Shown: positions 1 through 11,478 of the stretch, piece by piece | Numbering within the stretch: the first letter of the stretch is position 1 | Layout of the letters: the number at the start of each line of letters is the position of its first letter | Source of the DNA: Octopus bimaculoides | Lineage: Eukaryota | Direction: 5' to 3' | NCBI RefSeq assembly: GCF_001194135.2 | Contig: NC_069001.1 | Coordinates: forward strand, 21,323,738-21,377,750 | DNA: 54,013 nt | The notes under the pieces: model-generated | Told to the model about the DNA's origin: nothing | What the model saw: the letters and a program-made list of their open reading frames with translations, nothing else | The model's database searches: none | Position numbers and translations under genes: made by a program

Positions 1-616
1 AGAATAAGAGAGAGAAAAGGAAGAAAAACGAAAGAGTAAAAAGATCTATAGAGTGCGCATCAGAATTATTAAGATAAAACTTACTTGGAAGAGGATGCGT
101 GGTGTTCAATCATATAATAATATAAATAATAATATAAATAATATATATATAAATAGGATAGAATAGTGGGAGAAGAGGAGGTAAAAGAATAAGAGAGAGA
201 AAAGGAAGAAAAACGAAAGAGTAAAAAGATCTATAGAGTGCGCATCAGAATTATTAAGATAAAACTTACTTGGAAGAGGATGCGTGGCGTTCAATCATAT
301 AATGATATAAATAATATATATTTATATATATGCATGTATACATACGTATATGTACATACTTACATCTATACGTATACATATATGCATATGTGGGCACAGG
401 ACATCACGAAACGAGTACAACAAAAAGTACGAAGCACGAGAACATGGAACATGAACTATTCTTTCGAACAACGAATGAGACAATTGGAAAACAAAACAAA
501 TGACATAAAGAACGAGCCTTCATCAGTTGTTGGCTGTTTTCTAGTCTCGTATTTCGAGCATTTAACATGAACGCCACGCATCCTCTTCCAAGTCAGTTTT
601 ATCGTAATAATTCTGA
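1..616. repeat. Tandem duplication (period 187 bp) plus 49-bp inverted repeat; probably derived from a Penelope-like pLTR
   Basis: 1-115 is nearly identical to 188-302. 245-293 is the reverse complement of 568-616 with 2 mismatches. The minus strand at 400-616 resembles PLE terminal repeats (contains CTGATGAAGG). Confidence 0.5.
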
Positions 617-699
617 GTGGATTCCTCTTATGAGTGGATTCCTCTTATGTATTTAAATATACATTGTACCTTATGAGTAATTCATAGTCTTTGGACTAA

Positions 700-905
700 A
701 CTTTTATACGCTAGCCACTGGAAATGAAAATTTTTATTAATTTCCATTCCCCTTTGATATGATAATTATAGTATTATAAGGTTTTGGATAATTTTCGAAT
801 TTTAAAAGTTGGCATTTTTTTATTGCCGGCGAGGAGCTGCGCCTGCACAGCAGATCTGAAAAATTAGGATGTATAAACCAGAGGCATAGAATTGATTGCC
901 TCGTG
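700..905 (+). repeat. Unclassified interspersed repeat, same family as 44877-45240
   Basis: Colinear similarity to 44962-45155, e.g. ttttatacgctagccactgg vs ttttatacatgctaggccactgg, and ctgcgcctgcacagcagatctgaaaaatta vs ctgcgcttgcgcagtgaatttgaaaaatta. Confidence 0.55.
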
Positions 906-1022
906 TTTATATATATTTAGTCTTAGGTGTACCTATTGAAAACAACTTCAACTAGCAAATTATCTTATTTGCTAAACTAAAGTCAGAACCCAATTGGTCC
1001 AGGAGAAATGGTAAAACTTTTT

Positions 1023-1444
1023 NNNNNNNNNNNNNNNNNNNNNNNNNNNNNNNNNNNNNNNNNNNNNNNNNNNNNNNNNNNNNNNNNNNNNNNNNNNNNN
1101 NNNNNNNNNNNNNNNNNNNNNNNNNNNNNNNNNNNNNNNNNNNNNNNNNNNNNNNNNNNNNNNNNNNNNNNNNNNNNNNNNNNNNNNNNNNNNNNNNNNN
1201 NNNNNNNNNNNNNNNNNNNNNNNNNNNNNNNNNNNNNNNNNNNNNNNNNNNNNNNNNNNNNNNNNNNNNNNNNNNNNNNNNNNNNNNNNNNNNNNNNNNN
1301 NNNNNNNNNNNNNNNNNNNNNNNNNNNNNNNNNNNNNNNNNNNNNNNNNNNNNNNNNNNNNNNNNNNNNNNNNNNNNNNNNNNNNNNNNNNNNNNNNNNN
1401 NNNNNNNNNNNNNNNNNNNNNNNNNNNNNNNNNNNNNNNNNNNN
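1023..1444. other. Assembly gap. Other gaps: 8383-8409, 22400-22408, 23161-23170, 25918-26127, 29567-29576, 33636-33962, 36429-36438, 38888-39127, 44753-44762, 45257-45846, 47551-48223
   Basis: Runs of N, most of them flanked by (TA)n, (CA)n or (TG)n microsatellites. Confidence 0.98.
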
Positions 1445-1445
1445 N

Positions 1446-1495
<50 letters not shown>

Positions 1496-1516
1496 TGTGT
1501 TTGTGTGTGTGTGTGT
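1446..1516. repeat. (TG)n microsatellite. Similar CA/TG/TA tracts lie near 3115-3287, 4100-4210, 5065-5125, 5698-5770, 6005-6055, 8300-8440, 25835-25917, 42760-42830, 51480-51700, 51980-52075, 53436-53495
   Basis: Perfect and imperfect dinucleotide tandem repeats read directly. Confidence 0.95.
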
Positions 1517-1609
1517 ATAAATCCATATTAATTATTGCTTGTATTTCTTGATACAACCCTCTGTTTTTATTGTTAGTAGATATATATTTAAATATGCTGC
1601 AATGTGTGA

Positions 1610-2000
1610 TATGTCTGACTCCAAAGAAGAAGAATTGTTGGAGTGTTAATGATTTAAGCCTCTGTCGCTAAAACTTGATTTAATGTTTCAAGAAGTACTG
1701 TTTCAAATGATGTTGGCATCCCAAACTCCGTCTCTCTCCAATCATGATAAGCAGAAAAGTGATGTATAGAGTATCAGAAGTCAGAAGTGGTCAATGGCTC
1801 AATGGAACAGTGTATCTTCTCTGATGACTCCTCATTCACCATTTTCCCTTCTTCGGTGCAAATTTATGTCGGAAGACAGCCAACCAAGCCTTCATTCCTG
1901 ACTCTTTGGTCCCCACCTATGAAGTATTCAGGTGACTAGGCAATGATTTTGTCAGTCATATCATGAGACTGTCGTAGGCTATTAGTTGCTCTACAGAGTA
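1610..2000 (+). mobile_element. Tc1-family transposase remnant, decayed with internal deletions
   Basis: Translation across frameshifts gives MSD...IVG, FNVSRSTVS, W..VIFSDDSSFTIFPSSVQIYVGRQP and DSLVPT, matching the Tc1 HTH region and the first D of the DDE triad. Confidence 0.7.
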
Positions 2001-3244
2001 GTGCTGTATTGTTTTTGTGTGTTTGTATCAATAATATATGTGGAGTGTGTACGTGTGTGTTGAATTGTGTTGGTATTTATGTATAGTTTGTTCGAAAGAA
2101 AGCAGCACTTGTGTATACAAATGCATTTTTATGTGTCGGCAGTAACTGTTAAAGTACGCGGGATTATTGGAATGCCATGGTTTAGTTAAGAGAGGAGGTT
2201 GTGTATAATTAGAAAGCGGTTGTTGAAAAGTAGGTTAAGAAATGATGCTGGGTGGTTTGAAGGAACCAAAAAGGAAAGATTTAGGGAAACGGCCGAGAGA
2301 CACTGTGAAATAATTTAAGGTATCCTTATGCTTACTCCTACTTGAAATATTTTAATAGCAGAAACAAGCTAAGTTGTCAATATTGCTTAACCGAACTTCA
2401 ATTTTTAAAAAATGATAATCTTTGCAATTGAGTGGATAAAGCGAAATATTTGCAATGTAATTTTCAAGAGATATTTCCGGCATAGAGAGTTGTAAACGAG
2501 AAGTTTTTGGCACGAGCACATTCCTTATTTTACTTTTTGATTTTGTTTTTCGTGTTCTTTATATATTTCACTTTTCTTTGTCGCGTTGTGACTGTTCACC
2601 ATACACAGGTTTATGAATGAAGAGCGTTTTCTTATAGGCTTTTGAAACTAATGTTATTTCCTCACACTATAGATTCATTCAATCGTTTTCTCAATTTCTC
2701 ATCACATTAACGTTTTCTTTAATACATATTGTTGTATTTTGTAGTATTTTTACAAGGGAATTGCATTTTCTGAAGATCCTAAAATGCTGCAATTATTATA
2801 ATTGAATTACATTTTAATTTATTTATTTTAATTTAATATATTTGCCTTACAGCTAGTTTGTTTTATCTTTGCATATTTAGATGAATTATCATCGCATATC
2901 TCATCGTGGCATACATATGCAATCAAATATATTTTATGCATATGAATTTATCTTTACACATGCATCAAATCAACGATTTCTTCTTTATCTTCGTTATCTC
3001 AGTATTCGTAATAAGGATTTCCTGTTTTATAACTGATATATCTTTACAAGATACATTATTTAAATATGAAACTCAAAGTACGTGAAAGTTGTGTCAATGT
3101 ACACTTTTGCATATCTATATATATCTATACATACATACAAGCATACATGCTTGCATACATACATATACACACGCATATATGTTTGTATGTATGTATGTAT
3201 GTATGTATGTTTGTATATGTGTACATATACATATATATATATAT

Positions 3245-3291
<47 letters not shown>

Positions 3292-3515
3292 GGCGTTTAC
3301 GCTATGCGTTATGAATTATTAATGATAGATAAATCTCCAGTTGAACATCTACATACACTCATGGTCAAATTCCTCAATACTTTAAAATACATTCGAAAAT
3401 CAAATTCTATTTCTTACTCTAAAGATCGCATCTTCTAATATCTTAATTGTCAGTAAGTTTCTTAGTTATGGTCCCTATTTCTGTGAATGGTTTGCGCTCA
3501 TTTTTCCCTGTAATT

Positions 3516-3769
3516 CGGTGGTTCTCAACCGGTATGCATATGGCTCTTGGGGATCCTTATAAGACTTTGTTGGTAAAATTTATGTGCAATAAATTTGTTA
3601 TTCTTGTACAACATATCAAATATTTTAAACAATGGTTTTATACAGTTCCTAATAATATTTAATTATAAGAGTATAAGGACTTTTTAAAACGCCGAATGAC
3701 TATTAAGGTTGACCTGAGTAAAATAGGAATCAAAGGTGTTCATAAGCAAAATATGGCTGAGAAACACTG
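3516..3769. mobile_element. hAT (Charlie-like) MITE
   Basis: Imperfect 15-bp TIRs cggtggttctcaacc and ggctgagaaacactg match the CAGTGGTTCTCAA hAT terminus. No coding sequence; 8-bp TSD not preserved. Confidence 0.6.
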
Positions 3770-4698
3770 GTGCAAGTAGATTGTAACCTATAGGTTAAGA
3801 AATATTATTCATCGCTAATTTTGCTTTTGTTCAATTGAATATAAAACAATTATCTTCATACAAAAAGAGTAATATATTAATATAGATTACTGACATAAAA
3901 TTGACGTCAGTAATGTATATTACAAACTTTCGCGAGAACAAAATAATCCTTTTTTGGAAGAGTGGATCAAGCAGAATTTAAATCTATGAATAATTACATG
4001 TAAAAAGTTGGTGGAAAAACATTTTGCATAGAAAAAGTCGAAGGCTGTCCCTCCAAATCACACACACACACACGCACACCCACACACACGCACGCACACA
4101 CGCACACACACACACACACATCTTTGTGGTGGGGGCAACCTTCGATTTATATATGTGTGTGTGTTTATGCATGTATGCATGTGTGTGTATGCATATATGC
4201 ATGTGTGTGTGTTGTCCTTGTTTTTGTTGTTTGAACGTTTTTTATTAAAGATTTTGTTCTCATTTCTGACATTTAGCTTATTTCTTCGATCTAAAATTCA
4301 GTTGCAAGAAAAAATACGTTAGATTTGATATACATACAAGGATATATGCATTCACACATAATACACACACGACTATACAAACTAGCTAATGTTTAAATGC
4401 CAATTTTACTGAGATAAACTGTATTGTCCTGGTGATGTTTATGCTGCTGTTTGCACATTAGCCTTTGCTGTGCGTTGTTTTATCTTCTGGTGCCGTCCTC
4501 CCTTTCCTCTATCTGTCACGTCCTTATCAGGCGATGGATGGATGAGCCGATAGGGTGTGGTCGTTTGATCGTGAATACTTAGGTATTTACTCAATGCTGT
4601 CTAAAAGCCTTATCATTTAGCCAAATCGAATGAACTGAAAAATTTTCTTTGGCTCCTAAACAGAAATTATATGTGTGAACGTGTGTGTATATCTTTGA

Positions 4699-5065
4699 TC
4701 TTTTACTTGTTTCAGTCATTTGACTGCAGCTATACTGGGGCAACGCCTTGAAGGGTTTTAGTCAAATGAATCGATCCCAAGACTAATTTGTTAAACCTAG
4801 TACTCATTATATCGGTGTCTTTTGCCGAACCTATACATTACGGGGACGTAAAAGCACCTACACCGGTTGTCAAGTGGTGGTCGGAGATAAAAACGTGCGC
4901 ACGCGCGAGCACACACATACACACACATACGACGGGCTTCTTTCAGTTTCTGTCTACCAAATGACTATAGTAGAAGATACTTGCCCAAGGTGCTACGGAA
5001 TGGGACTGATCCCAGAACCTCGTGGTTTAGAAGTAAGCTTCTTACTACACAGCCACCCACACCTG
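4699..5065 (-). mobile_element. tRNA-derived SINE family 1 (octopus OR-like, CORE-like segment)
   Basis: Reverse complement has an A/B-box-like head (ggctgtgtagtaag...ggatcagtccc), a CORE-like caccttgggcaagt, an internal CA tract and the tail gactgaaacaagtaaaaga. Homologous to 6067-6520. Confidence 0.85.
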
Positions 5066-5075
5066 TGTATGTGTG

Positions 5076-5129
<54 letters not shown>

Positions 5130-5695
5130 CTGCGTATCCTGACATCATTCACGTATATTTCTACGTTCCCGCGCTCAAATGAATTTTCATTACACAAGAG
5201 AGTTAACCCGTAGCTAGGATCCTGACAGTTGCTAATACTCCAAGTCAAAGTAGACTTGGGAATAATAGTGATTAAGACGTGGTTGCACTGCTTAAAAATT
5301 TGGGACAGTCAAACCAGAGCGTCACTATTGCATGCAATATAAAGTCATAAACAAAAAGTCATTTTAACGTCATACACAGAAAAATACTAGCACATAGGCA
5401 TAAGACTAGTTCTCAAACAGACTATAAGCATACCATAAATATTGAGGGTACGTCATTGATGTAGTCGCGATTAGTGATATGTGGACTCTGACAGAGAAAC
5501 TAAAAACTGCAGTCTGGTTCAATCAACACATTAAACAAACACTCGAATACTTAGTTGGTATAATAAGAAAATGGTAGTGATGGTGTGTTTATTTGAATTT
5601 TTATTGGTGTAACGATCCTCCCTAGACACACACAACATGATTTCTTTTAACCCACGGATTCTTATCGTGAATATTGCAAACCAAAGGCAAAAGCA

Positions 5696-5743
<48 letters not shown>

Positions 5744-5769
5744 GTGTGTGTGCGTGTGCGTGTGTGTGT

Positions 5770-5990
5770 GTAGTTCAAAATTACAGAAAACAAAAGATGA
5801 AGACAGGTGAGGGGTAAAACAGGAAGGTGTATTAGTTCGACGCTCGGAAGAATGGAAAAGTCTTTGACGTTTCGAACTTACGCTCTTAGACAGAAAAGAC
5901 TGAGAGGGAAAAATGGAGAGGGAACGAAAGAGCACGAAGACAGAAAAAAAGTGTATGGATTAGCGTTTCAACCTGATATATAGCTATACA
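5770..5990 (-). mobile_element. Short non-coding element carrying a hammerhead-like motif (PLE pLTR-derived or retrozyme-like)
   Basis: Minus strand reads gtctttt-CTGTCTA-a-gagc-gtaa-gttc-GAAA-CGTC-aaagac. No ORF; bounded by microsatellites. Confidence 0.45.
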
Positions 5991-6003
5991 CACATCACAT
6001 GCA

Positions 6004-6048
<45 letters not shown>

Positions 6049-6066
6049 GCGCGCACATGTCTATGT

Positions 6067-6232
6067 GGCGCAGGTGTGGGTGTGTGGTGTAACATGCGTG
6101 GTCTTGTGCTAAGAAACTTCTTTCCCAACCACATGATTCTGGGTTTAGTCCCGCTGCGTAACAACTTGGTAAATGTCTTCTACTAAAGCCTTGTGAGTCG
6201 ATTTGATAGACGGAAACTGAAAGAAGCTCGTC

Positions 6233-6284
<52 letters not shown>

Positions 6285-6520
6285 GTATGCATATATTTAT
6301 GCGTGTGTAACTTTGCGTCTATGTTTGTCCCCCTACCATCACTTGACAACCGATGTTGATTTGTTTACGTCCCCGTTACTTAGCGTTTCGGTAAAAGTGA
6401 TCGATAGAATAAGTACTAGGCTTACAGAGAATAAGTCCTGGGGGCGATTTCTTCTACGAAAATATCCTTTAAGCGGTGCTCCAGAATAACTTCAGTCACA
6501 TGACTGAAACAAGTAAAAGA
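6067..6520 (+). mobile_element. tRNA-derived SINE family 1, near full length
   Basis: Head ggcgcaggtgtgg...gggtttagtccc, then gacggaaactgaaagaagctcgtcg, an internal (TA)n/(TG)n tract and the tail atgactgaaacaagtaaaaga. Confidence 0.88.
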
Positions 6521-7499
6521 ATAGAATAATAAAAGAATGTAGGAATACACGGTGAAGCAAAGGAATACGAATCATACAGTGTCATTTCAACTTTACATAA
6601 TTCAGTCTTAACGGCAGCTATAAATCCCTCTTGTATTGATAACCTTGGCGCCAGTGTGTCAGAAGTGGTCGTTTCACTCTACTGAACATGCGCTCCTTAG
6701 CGAATATTTGAGCAACCGTCAATGCAATAACTCATTTTTACCTTATGACATAATGTATTTGGTTGTGTATAAATAATTGCATATTGTTAAATATTTGAAT
6801 TTAAAATTCAATCTTAATTATATATTTATTTTATACGCCCGTCAAATTCTATACTGAATTATAAAGAAATAGGAAAGGAAATAGAAAAAAAAACGGAGCA
6901 AAGCCAAAACAAAATATTATGTAATACCTGTGCAATTATAGTATTTGAATATATGTATAAAAATATGAAAGCGAGCCGTCAAGTTTTTGACATGCTGTCA
7001 TTTATTATGAGAAAATAAAAGAGATTTACAACGAAAAATATTTTGAATGAAAATTATTTCCTGTCAGGTTTTTCCAAGTCACAGGCGTGGCTGTGTGGTA
7101 AGATGACTACTTCTAAACAACATGGGTCCGTGGATCCGACTCGGAGTTGGTTCTAAACCCCGAGTCGAATCTACGGTTTAAACTGGATTTGTTACACATT
7201 ACAGTATGCTACCAACACATTATAACTTCATGGTTGTTTTGCCTCATTGTGCATTTTATGTTATTGCACCTAGCTATTTCTAGCGTCCTACTTATTGACG
7301 CGCCTAGGCTATTAATACAAGAGGGATTTATAGCTACTGTTAAGACTGAATTATGTTAAGTTATAAAGTTCATTAGAACCTAGGCGCATCAAGACTTAGG
7401 TTCTAATGAATTCTATAACTAAGCTATTTACCTATCTATCTCATAATAATCCTGCTTGTCATTCCATTACTTAGCCCGTCGGTAACGCTTTCACGTAAT

Positions 7500-7701
7500 T
7501 AGAGAAAAAGTAGGAGAAAGAAAAGAGGGAGAAAAAAGAGGAAGGGAAAAAGAGGGAGAGAGAAGCGCCCATGACGTCGTTGTCAAGTGGTGGTCGGAGA
7601 TAATTACGTCGTTAAAAAAGTTAGTTGAAGTTAGTGATGATATAGAGGAGGGCAGTTAGGAATATAATTTTAGCAGAGGGGTGATGTCTGATGATAAAGT
7701 T

Positions 7702-7740
<39 letters not shown>

Positions 7741-7790
7741 GAGAGAAAAAAAATTGAAAGAGAAGAGGTAGAGAGAGATAGAGGGGAAGG
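7500..7790. repeat. Purine-rich (GA)n low-complexity tract
   Basis: AG repeats and A/G runs read directly. Confidence 0.85.
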
Positions 7791-8134
7791 GATGATGATG
7801 GTGGTGTTGGTGCTGATGGAGGCTGAATGGTGGAGGTTGCGATGGTGGTGGTGAGTGAATAGCGAAAAGTGTATTAAAAAAAAATTGAACTAAGTTTTTA
7901 TATCACCTATCACTTAACGCATGCGTATAAGTGCAATTTCGTGAAATATTCGCGCTTATTTATGTCAGATATATGCAATTTAACTAAACGTTGTATCATA
8001 TGTAAGGGACATTTTTTTCTTTATGGGAGAAATGGAAAAATTATAGTTAATATTTATTTTATGAGTGCTGTGTACTAAGTCTATAAAATTGTGCATAAGT
8101 TATACATATAAAGGGCATTAAGTAATCATCATAT

Positions 8135-8300
8135 TCCAAAGAAACGATCCACAGAGAAGAAACACTTCCCCTCACATGTTCTAAAGACTGCTAAAGTTGT
8201 TTCAACCGCAGGGAAGGTGATTACCTAAGTTGTGGAGGACGCAAAAGACATTGTCTTTTTTGACTATTTTCAAAAGAATTCATACCGTCAATAGAGAGTA
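8135..8300 (+). mobile_element. Mariner transposase fragment (irritans/Hsmar2-like)
   Basis: Translates as KTAKVVSTAGKVIT*VVEDAKDIVFFDYFQK..TVNREY, matching the mariner segment KKAK...SAGKVMASVFWDAKGI.FIDYLQKG.TINGEY. Confidence 0.65.
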
Positions 8301-8320
8301 CACACACAGACACAGACACA

Positions 8321-8382
<62 letters not shown>

Positions 8383-8409
8383 NNNNNNNNNNNNNNNNNN
8401 NNNNNNNNN

Positions 8410-8439
<30 letters not shown>

Positions 8440-8441
<2 letters not shown>

Positions 8442-9537
8442 CATGTTAAGGTTATCTCTACAGATTTGCTATAGAAAGTATAGCCAGCACTATTTTTTCA
8501 TCTTCTATCGCATTGGTCAGTAGAAGCAAGATCATGTGAGAATGATCGATGATGGAGATCTTCCAACTCCAAATCCTGTGGTTTCGCCAATGTCATTTTT
8601 GCGATATCTGGTCTGGCATTGTCTTGCAATAAAATAGGAGTGGATTTATTGACTAATCTAGGCTGTTTGTTTTTGTAAATTTCTGCTTCATTTGTTCCAG
8701 ATGACATCAGTATACTTCCGCCGTGATTGTTGAGCCAGGTTTAATGAAATCAAAATGGATCATACTGCGCCAGACCACCAAACACACACCAATCAGCTTC
8801 TTTTGATGAATTTTTCTTTCTGGACGGTGTTTGGATGACTCGTCTTTGTCCAACCATTGTGCCGAACGTTTACGGTTGTTGTATTCGATCCATTTCTCAT
8901 CACACGTAACAATTCGATTCAAATATGATTCATTTTTATGACGAGAAAGTAGCATAATGCAAGATTCCAAACGTTGTTGTTTCTGATTTTCATTGAGTTG
9001 ATGTAGAACACGCTTATCCAACTTTTATATTTTATCGATTTGAACTAGTCGAGTCAACATTGTTTGCTTGGTAACACCAAACATTTACGATAATTCACGG
9101 GCACTTTGAGATGGTTCTGACTCGATGGTGGCTTTCAGTTAGTCATTATCCACTTTTCTATCTGGTCGATCGCGTTGGTCATTTGTGAGGTCAAAGTTAC
9201 CAGATCGAAATTTTTCAAACTAATTTGATACTGTCTGCTGCATAATAACATTAGAATAAAATACTCCATTAATATTCCAAGCTGTCTGTGAAACTGTATT
9301 TACAAGAAAGAACTCATATTTTAAAAGTGTACGAATTTCCGACTTATCCATTTCTAAACAAAAATAGCAAAAAATGATTTATAAATACTTTATAAAGCGC
9401 AAAATGAGTTACAATAAAAAGATATATGTGTCAGCTTTCTAACAAAAAATAAAGATTGTCAAAATATAATAATGACGCAAAATGAGCAGCTGCCAAATTT
9501 TACCATATATCTTACTACAACTTTCATACATGACGAC

Positions 9538-9545
<8 letters not shown>
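8440..9545 (-). mobile_element. Mariner (DD34D, Mos1/SETMAR-like) transposon, pseudogenised
   Basis: ORFs 8707-9021 (RIVTCDEKWIEYNNRKRSAQWLD) and 8498-8707 (PILLQDNARPD...HHRSFSHDLASTD) carry the catalytic motifs. A TIR-like end (TA)TTAGGTCGTC lies at about 9542 next to (TA)n. The C-terminus has an internal deletion. Confidence 0.9.
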
Positions 9546-9568
<23 letters not shown>

Positions 9569-9579
9569 TACATACATAA

Positions 9580-9900
9580 TATTACAGTTCAATATGTAAC
9601 CACATGTGTTCCCTCCGTTTTCCTTTTCTCTTGGACTTTCTTCTGTCTCCTGTTTCTGGCGAAGAGCTTTGCTCGAAACGTAAAACTACCTTTCTTTCCC
9701 TTCCTGACCGTCTGATAACACTTTGCATGTACCGCGTCCTCGCGTTGTTGTTTTTTCTTGTGATTGTTCTTCGATTTGTTTTTGATTCATTGTACCTTTT
9801 GATCTCTCTCTCTGTTTCCAGTCGTCTGTTGCATATTTTTCTCTTCCCTCCCATAAAACATTACAGCCATTCCTATATCCTTTGTGCTAATTTGGAAAAA
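9580..9900 (+). mobile_element. Short non-coding element carrying a hammerhead-like motif (PLE pLTR-derived or retrozyme-like)
   Basis: gttt-CTGGCGA-a-gagc-ttt-gctc-GAAA-CGTA-aaac at 9652-9686 within a pyrimidine-rich non-coding segment. Confidence 0.5.
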
Positions 9901-10084
9901 CTCTTTTTTTTTTGTGTTTTGTATTTTAGAAGAAACAAATAATCTTGCTACTACTGAAGGAAGGAAGAAGTGACACCTTGTTTAAAAGCATAAAGATGGG
10001 TTATGTATTTACAGAAATGAAAGTGCTCTGTTCCCTAAAACATATGCTAATTAACATAATCATGCATATCAATTGTAGCAAAAA

Positions 10085-10932
10085 GCGTGTTAGAGCCAAA
10101 TCTGACAATTTGCATAAAAGAAAAAGAAGACACAATATTCCATTCATAAATAAAATTATTTATAAAAAAACATCAACGAATATCAACCAAATTATGGGTG
10201 GGAGATAAAAGTTCACACATGTAGCCGCCTTCAGCTTCCACCATGGCCTGAAGATGGTTCCGAAACCTGGTTCATGCATTCCTCATTGTGTTCATAGGAA
10301 GATCGCCGAACATCCTGATCTCGGCCACCAGCTCGGCAGAACGTTGAGAGTCTTTCTCCCCCACCCCTCCCCCACCACGCATAGTAATCCATGAGATTAC
10401 TACACTCACGGGAATTAAAAGGCCAGAAATTGGGGCTGGTTAAGTCGAAGAAATTCGTGGTCAATCACTTATGACTCGGAGGTAAGGCAAGAAGCTGGAT
10501 CCTGTTGATATAGATATGGCCTTCCAGCAACTGCCCCCTCTTGTCTCCAGCAGCTTCACATAGCCCTCTGAATTGATGTGGGAATGCTCTTCAGCATCTG
10601 GATGCAGCCAGTACGCCTGCTCTGTCCCTTTCTGCTGACCATGGCTTCATAGTCTCCTTTGCAGCTATGTCATGACTTACAACCTTTACAGTGTTTGTAG
10701 AGCATTGATCAGCAGTCATGATATTGGTATTTTGATACCCGGCACGAATCCTCATGATACTGATACTCATTTCCAATATTCAGATGACTTTCAATCCTCC
10801 ATGTCAGCTGACTTTTGTAAACTTTAATCTTAATGCTCTATACTGCCGTTGATTATTCAGCAGTATATCAATCTGTTCCTGAAAAAGGGAGATATAAATG
10901 TCGTCAAATATAGCCCGAAAATCCTGTATAAA
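10085..10932 (-). mobile_element. Tc1/mariner element of maT (DD37D)-like type, internally deleted
   Basis: Minus translation gives INSEGYVKLLET, AGRPYLYQQD, SPNFWPFNSRECSNLMDYYAW and RFRNHLQAMVEAEGGY. Degenerate TIR-like ends gagccaaatctgacaattt (about 10090) and aaatgtcgtcaaatatagcccgaaaatcctgta (about 10900-10930). Confidence 0.75.
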
Positions 10933-11478
10933 TACGCTTAATTAGCATATTCATATATGATACTTGCAAGCATCTACGCGTTTATTTTGCACATAAGCTG
11001 ATTGTATCAAATATGAACTAATTGTAACTTGTTATAGAATCAATCTTTCAAAGAATCGATACATAAATACTACATACAAAATGCTATATACTGTAATCGT
11101 ATTCTGAATAGTTCTAGCAAATAGTGCATTTCAAATGAGTAGCATCGTAATTTAAATATAACGGAAACAACACAACCCCAAATACTAGACATTAAACTGC
11201 TCGTTAAACATTTGTTTTACATAATTTCGTGGAAATTGGGGGTGACGATTGCGAATATAGAATTGTTATGCACATGTTCGTTGCTTGATCGTGGAAAAAA
11301 CTTCATGGAAAAGCTAAACGTTAATTGTGTGTGATGAAGAAGAGAACAAGTTATGTTCGTGTTATCTTGACTATTATTTTCTATGTTAAATTTGTGAAGT
11401 TATTTATTTTTCTGTGTAACCACTCTCTAATATCGCATGATGTTAGTGTCAGAGGAAATTCCAGAATTATGTGATAAA

